A stretch of 64,000 bases of DNA, taken from positions 4,064,001-4,128,000 of the forward strand of contig CBDCXR010000004.1 of NCBI GenBank assembly GCA_965223845.1, in the 5' to 3' direction. The stretch is from Planctomycetota bacterium (lineage in GTDB: Bacteria; Planctomycetota; UBA8108; SXIK01). This document shows, in pieces, positions 59,091 to 64,000 of the stretch. Positions within the stretch are counted from its first letter, which is position 1. Every line of letters begins with the position of its first letter. Made by a program: the position numbers and the translations under genes. Under the pieces are notes generated by a model. That model had not been told where the DNA came from and made no database searches. It was given only the letters and a program-made list of their open reading frames with translations.

Positions 59091-61528
59091 AGGCGCTCTT
59101 CAACTGGCTGGACGATCGGACTGGGTACCGCGGGTGGCTGCGCGCAGCGCTTTACGAGCACATTCCCGGCGGTTCGCGCTGGCGCTACGTGTGGGGAAGC
59201 ACGCTCGTGTTCACGTTCGTCGTGCAGATCGTGACGGGGATCTTTCTTTGGATGGCATACAGCCCGAGCGCGATCACGGCGTGGGAGAGTGTCTACTACA
59301 TTCAGTACGAGATGCCGGGCGGCTGGCTGCTCCGCGGAATCCACCACTACACCGCGCAGGTGATGATCGTGCTCCTCGCGCTGCATCTCCTGCAGGTCGT
59401 CATCGACGGCGCCTACCGCGCCCCACGCGAGTTCAACTTCTGGACCGGGCTCATCCTCCTTCAAATCGTCATGGGACTCGGTCTCACCGGATATCTCCTT
59501 CCGTGGGATCAGAAGGGCTACTGGGCGACGAAGGTCGCAACGAGCATCGTCGGACTCACCCCGGGCGTAGGTACCGAGCTGCAGCGACTCGTCGTCGGCG
59601 GAAGTGAATACGGCCACCACACGCTCACCCGATTCTTCGCGCTTCACGCCGGAGTGCTCCCCGGCATGATGATCCTCTTCATCGGAGTCCACATTTACTT
59701 CTTTCGGCGAAAGGGAATCCACGCCGCGTCCCCTCGCGCCGCCCGCGACGACAAGTTTTGGCCGAACCAAGTTCTCAAGGACGCGGTCGCTTGTCTCGCC
59801 GTGCTCGCGGTCGTGTTGATCCTCGTCGTGCAGCATCGAATCGCCGATCCTCAAGGCGGCGAGCTCGGCGCTCCGCTCTTCGCGCCCGCGGAGCCGGCGG
59901 AGCCATTCGCTTCGGCCCGCCCGGAGTGGTATTTCCTCTTCCTCTTTCAGTTCCTCAAATTCTTTCCGGGTGAGGCGGAAGTCTGGGGCGCGATCTACAT
60001 CCCCGGAATGGTGCTCGGCGTGATGGCACTCATGCCGATCCTCGGCCGCTGGCGACTCGGCCACCGGTTCAACGTGGTGTTCGTGTTCGCGCTCCTCGCG
60101 GGTGCGGGCGTGCTCACCGCGGCCGCGATCATCGAAGACTCGAAGAAAGACGAATTCCACGAGGCGCTCGCGGACGCGGAGCGAAACGCCGAGCGCATCC
60201 GCGAGCTCGCGCAGTCGCCGACGAAGATTCCACCGACGGGGGCAGCCGGCCTCCTCCGGAACGACCCGTACACCCAGGGGCCGAAGCTGTTCAAGATGTA
60301 CTGCGCGAGCTGTCACCGCTACGACGGGCACGACGGCACCGGCAAGCAGCCCAAGGATCCAGCGAGCGGCGCCGATCTTCGCGGATTCGCGAGCCGCGAA
60401 TGGCTCACCGGCTTCTTCGATCCCGCGCGGATCGATACGTCGCATTACTTCGGGGGCACATCGTTCGCAGACGGCACGATGTCCGAGTGGGTGAAGGACA
60501 ATGTTTCGGAGTTCGACGACGAGGAGAAGGAAAAACTCGCCGCCGTCATCAAGGCTCTCTCGGCCGAAGCTCGGCTGAAGTCTCAGCGACAGGCGGACGT
60601 TTCCGATCGCGACGAGATCGCGCGCGGACGCGGCTATCTCTTGCGCCGGAACGAAAGCGGGGAGCGCGGCCTCAATTGCACACGTTGCCACACGATCGGC
60701 GACGAAGGCCGCCAGCGCGGCCCGGATCTCACGGGCTACGGTTCGCGCGAGTGGCTGCTCGACTTCATCGCCGATCCGGCGCACGAGCGGTTCTACGGCG
60801 AGAACAACGACCGGATGCCGAGCTTCGCGAATCAGCCGATTCCCGATCACCGGTCGATCGAGCTCATCGTCGATTGGCTGCGCGGCGAATGGTTCGTGCT
60901 CGGCGAAGAGCCGTGGGAGCCGCCGGAAGCTGAAGGCGCGACCGGCGACGGTGAAGATGGAGCCGCATCCCCTCCCGTCGACGCGGGCGATGGCTCCCCC
61001 GCGCCCGCGAATGACGAAGGCGGCGCGAATGTCGATCCCCAAGAGAACGGCACCGATGAGAACGAAGCCGACGGGAACGACGCGGACGGGACGGCGAATG
61101 AGGACGCGGGCGCAGGCGCCGAGGCCAGCGAAGACGACTCCGTCGACGCTTCGGCGGGCGCCGACTCCACTCGGACCGTCGAATTCGCGCGGGACGTTCA
61201 GCCCGTCCTCGAGCGGAGCTGCGCGAAGTGTCACGGCGGCAGCAAGCGAAAGCCGAAAGGTGAGTACAACCTGACGACGAAGGATCTCGCGTTCACCGCC
61301 GGCGATTTCGGCGAGCCGCCGATCGTCCCGGGCAAGAAGGCTGCGAGCTATCTCTACCAGCTCATCACCGCCGAAGACGAAGATGAACGCATGCCGCCGG
61401 AAGGCCGCGCGCCGCCGCTCAGCGCGGAAGAGATCGCGCGCATCGGAGTTTGGATTGACTCCGGAGCCGCTTGGCCCGATGGTGTCGAGCTGACGGCGAG
61501 AGAAGAAGAGAGCGAAGAGGAAGGGTAG
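59087..61528 (+). CDS. qcrB: Cytochrome b fused to di-heme cytochrome c, acidic linker and planctomycete cytochrome c domain
   Basis: GW.LRGIHH, GYLLPWDQ..YWA, TLTRFFALH, PEWY; CASCH, CTRCH, CAKCH. Confidence 0.9.
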   Translation: MKALFNWLDDRTGYRGWLRAALYEHIPGGSRWRYVWGSTLVFTFVVQIVTGIFLWMAYSPSAITAWESVYYIQYEMPGGWLLRGIHHYTAQVMIVLLALHLLQVVIDGAYRAPREFNFWTGLILLQIVMGLGLTGYLLPWDQKGYWATKVATSIVGLTPGVGTELQRLVVGGSEYGHHTLTRFFALHAGVLPGMMILFIGVHIYFFRRKGIHAASPRAARDDKFWPNQVLKDAVACLAVLAVVLILVVQHRIADPQGGELGAPLFAPAEPAEPFASARPEWYFLFLFQFLKFFPGEAEVWGAIYIPGMVLGVMALMPILGRWRLGHRFNVVFVFALLAGAGVLTAAAIIEDSKKDEFHEALADAERNAERIRELAQSPTKIPPTGAAGLLRNDPYTQGPKLFKMYCASCHRYDGHDGTGKQPKDPASGADLRGFASREWLTGFFDPARIDTSHYFGGTSFADGTMSEWVKDNVSEFDDEEKEKLAAVIKALSAEARLKSQRQADVSDRDEIARGRGYLLRRNESGERGLNCTRCHTIGDEGRQRGPDLTGYGSREWLLDFIADPAHERFYGENNDRMPSFANQPIPDHRSIELIVDWLRGEWFVLGEEPWEPPEAEGATGDGEDGAASPPVDAGDGSPAPANDEGGANVDPQENGTDENEADGNDADGTANEDAGAGAEASEDDSVDASAGADSTRTVEFARDVQPVLERSCAKCHGGSKRKPKGEYNLTTKDLAFTAGDFGEPPIVPGKKAASYLYQLITAEDEDERMPPEGRAPPLSAEEIARIGVWIDSGAAWPDGVELTAREEESEEEG

Positions 61529-61631
61529 GCGCTCTCTCACTCCGCTCGGGGCCCCGTGGGAATCGTTTCGATCGACTAGGGTGGACGCCCCCTGAACGAA
61601 GTGTCGCCGGACGACCGGCGAACGAATTCTC

Positions 61632-62573
61632 ATGAACGTCCACCGTCAGCTCGAGCTCTTCCCCGAGCTCCCGCCGATCGGCCGACCCGATCCCGATGCG
61701 GACGCGCTCCGCTGCCGCGCCGGCGTCGAGTACCACGAGCTCGCGATCCGCGACGTCCTCTGCCGGACGACGAACCATCGCCTCCCCTTCGCGTGGTCGA
61801 TCAATCCCTACCGCGGCTGCGAGTTCGGCTGCACTTACTGCTATGCGCGCTACACGCACGAGTTTCTCGAGCTCGAGCGTTGGGAGGATTTCGAGACGAA
61901 GGTCTTCATCAAGTCCGCGGCGGCCATCGCGCTCCGGCGCCAACTCGGGCGTGCCGCCCGGCGCGGCGAGGGAATCGCGATCGGAACCGCGACTGATCCC
62001 TACCAGCCGGCCGAGCATCGCTACCGCATCACGAGGGGTCTCCTCGAGGTGTTTCGCGAGTTCGAGGGACTCGATTTCTCGATCACGACGAAATCGCCGA
62101 TCGTCATTCGTGACATCGATCTCCTCGCCGATCTGAAGGAGAAGCACCGACTCAGTGTCAACGTCACCGTGACCACTCTCGATCGCGCCCTGGCCCGGCG
62201 ACTGGAGCCTTACGCTCCGGACCCGGCCGCACGAATTCGCACGGTGCGAAAGCTCCTCGAGGCCGGAGTGCGAACGAACATCTTCTGCATGCCGATTCTT
62301 CCCGGAATCAATCACCGCGAGGACTCGCTGCGCCCGCTCTTCGAATCGGTCGAAGGCGTCGACGGCGTCCACGCGAATCTGCTCTTCCTCCGCCCGGCGG
62401 CGCGCCGGCGCTTTCTCCCCTGGCTCGCCGAGGAGTTCCCCCACCTTGAACCTCTCTACGCCGATCTTTTCGGAGCACGAGACTACTTGAGCGATCGCGG
62501 GCGAGATGTCTACCTCGCCGACTTCCGCCGACTCGCAGCCGAATTTGGCGTCGCGGGCTCGACCGATGCGTGA
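61632..62573 (+). CDS. Radical SAM protein, SplB/Rv2578c-like family
   Basis: SINPYRGCEFGCTYCYAR, IGTATDPYQP.E, TTKS....RD.DLL. Confidence 0.92.
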   Translation: MNVHRQLELFPELPPIGRPDPDADALRCRAGVEYHELAIRDVLCRTTNHRLPFAWSINPYRGCEFGCTYCYARYTHEFLELERWEDFETKVFIKSAAAIALRRQLGRAARRGEGIAIGTATDPYQPAEHRYRITRGLLEVFREFEGLDFSITTKSPIVIRDIDLLADLKEKHRLSVNVTVTTLDRALARRLEPYAPDPAARIRTVRKLLEAGVRTNIFCMPILPGINHREDSLRPLFESVEGVDGVHANLLFLRPAARRRFLPWLAEEFPHLEPLYADLFGARDYLSDRGRDVYLADFRRLAAEFGVAGSTDA

Positions 62574-62659
62574 CGGGACTCGGTCGCGATGACGATTGAT
62601 TTCGCGCCCGCTCCCGCGCATCCTTCCTCGAGCTCGACGATTCAGCAGGAGAGAACCGA

Positions 62660-63907
62660 GTGGTGACGGTCGTTTGGGTTCGGCAAGGTCGCGGACGGAG
62701 CGGAGACGCTCTTCACAACGGGCGTGCGCGATGGGCGCTCTCCGTCGCGTGCTTTGCCCTCGCGGTCGTAACAGCCGTGGGCTGCACGCCGAAGCCGTCG
62801 ATCCCGAAAGAGCGCATCGTCGAGGTTCGAGAGGGACGAATCACCCGTGGTGTGATCGCCGTCGGCCGCGTCGAGCCGCGCACGCGGGTCGAACTGAAGT
62901 CGAAGGCGAATGGGATCCTGCAGAAACTGCACGTCGACGTCAGCGACACCGTCACCGCCGGGCAAGTGCTCGCTGAGCTCGACCGGGAGATTCTCGAATC
63001 TCGCGTCGCGGAGGCGGAAGGGAAGCTCGCCCAGGCCCGGGCAAGCGTCGATCTGGCGAACGCCGATCTGAAGCAGCTCGAGCTCGAGAAGGACGATCCG
63101 GAGTTTCTCTTCGCGAAGAAGAACTGGGAGCGGCTGCAGAAGCTCGCGGAAGATGAGATCGCTTCGGAAGAGGAGCTCGAGACGGGGCTCGAGCGGAAGA
63201 CGAAGGCCGAGTACCGCTACCGCATCGTCGAATCCCGCTACGAGGGCGCGCTCGCGACGGTAGCGGCGGCCAAAGGTGCTCTGGCCGAGAGCGAAGCGCT
63301 GGCCGCCCGCGCGCGCCAAGAGCTTGCCGAAGCAAAGATCGTGAGCCCGATCGACGGGGTTGTCCTCTACCGCTATCTCGAGGAAGGCGATGCAGTGTCC
63401 TCGATCCGCGTCGCCGGGGGCAACGCGACCGTCATCATGACTCTCGGTGACCTGAGCGAGCTCTACGTCGACGGCGAAGTCGACGAGATCGACGTCGGGC
63501 GCATCATCGATGGCCAACGGGCGAAGGAAGCCCTCTCGGCCCGCGTCACGATCGAGAGCTACAAGAGCCGAGAGTTTTTCGGGCGAGTGACGCGGGTCAC
63601 TCCACTCGGTCTCGAAGACGAGAACGGCATCGTGACGTTTGAAGTGCGGATCGTGTTCGACAATCCGGAGCGCCTCCTCCTCGCCAATATGACGGCGAAC
63701 TCGCAGATCATCATCGAGGAGAAAGAGAACGCTCTGCTCGTCTCTCAGGGAGCGCTTCTCACCGAGGGAAAGAAGCGGTTCCTCGAAGTCTACGATCCGG
63801 CGAAGGCGGAGGCCGTACGACGCGAGGTGAAGATCGGCATCACCGACGGCGCTCAGGTGGAAGTCGAAAGCGGGATCGCGAAGGGGGAGAGGATCGTGCT
63901 GCCGTAG
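62660..63907 (+). CDS. MacA-like efflux periplasmic adaptor (membrane fusion protein)
   Basis: Lipobox-like AVGC, V.AGQVLAELD, coiled hairpin, SPIDG.V, VDE.DVG, V.IG.TDG..VE..SG. Confidence 0.9.
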   Translation: MVTVVWVRQGRGRSGDALHNGRARWALSVACFALAVVTAVGCTPKPSIPKERIVEVREGRITRGVIAVGRVEPRTRVELKSKANGILQKLHVDVSDTVTAGQVLAELDREILESRVAEAEGKLAQARASVDLANADLKQLELEKDDPEFLFAKKNWERLQKLAEDEIASEEELETGLERKTKAEYRYRIVESRYEGALATVAAAKGALAESEALAARARQELAEAKIVSPIDGVVLYRYLEEGDAVSSIRVAGGNATVIMTLGDLSELYVDGEVDEIDVGRIIDGQRAKEALSARVTIESYKSREFFGRVTRVTPLGLEDENGIVTFEVRIVFDNPERLLLANMTANSQIIIEEKENALLVSQGALLTEGKKRFLEVYDPAKAEAVRREVKIGITDGAQVEVESGIAKGERIVLP

Positions 63908-63976
63908 TCGACGCGTTGATCGGGGGCGATCGGTTCGTTCCGGTTCTTCTTCCTGTTTCTTGAAGAACGTGCACCA

Positions 63977-64000
63977 GAAGAAGAAGAAGAAGAAGAAGAA
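63977..64000. repeat. (GAA)8 microsatellite running to the window end
   Basis: Read directly; a complementary TTCTTCTTC lies at 63944-63952. Confidence 0.95.

Noticed and set aside
61594-61631. Two GAACGAA motifs upstream of the radical SAM gene as possible LexA boxes
   Set aside because: Neither completes GAAC-N4-GTTC, and the lineage's SOS motif cannot be established here.
1-64000. Frequent GCGATCGC/TCGA palindromes (HIP1-like)
   Set aside because: Explainable by GCG-ATC-GCG and CTC-GAG/GTC-GAC codon usage; no enrichment test could be run.
1-64000. CRISPR array, tRNA, rRNA, integron attC array
   Set aside because: No regular repeat-spacer pattern or RNA-gene signature seen by eye; short RNAs could have been missed.

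Overview
High-GC, gene-dense bacterial DNA, most likely from a Planctomycetota genome. This is inferred from the DUF1549/DUF1553 + DUF1501 pair, planctomycete cytochrome c domains, a dockerin-like domain, triple DUF1080 and many Tat/Sec-exported enzymes. About 37 CDS are supported; no rRNA, tRNA or CRISPR array was seen. Bases 1-8.3 kb are an accessory locus: a probably truncated RAYT (Y1/HUH) transposase with REP-like hairpins converges on a Sec-exported 1945-aa Rhs/YD protein. That protein has an AT-richer C-terminal third, a degenerate self-cleavage motif and a 14-Cys tip, and is followed by a BamE/SmpA-like candidate immunity gene. The rest encodes an LTD-CotH kinase, an ECF sigma/ZAS-FecR-HEAT anti-sigma pair, exported carbohydrate, peptide and sulfate enzymes, and a MASE1-CHASE hybrid kinase. 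It also encodes a di-heme (CX4CH) cytochrome-dockerin-copper monooxygenase fusion next to an SGNH-nitrilase fusion, a zinc-less plant/fungal-type Fpg, and a Rieske/cytochrome b pair whose b subunit carries three c hemes. All family calls come from motif recognition by eye, not database searches, and start codons are best guesses.
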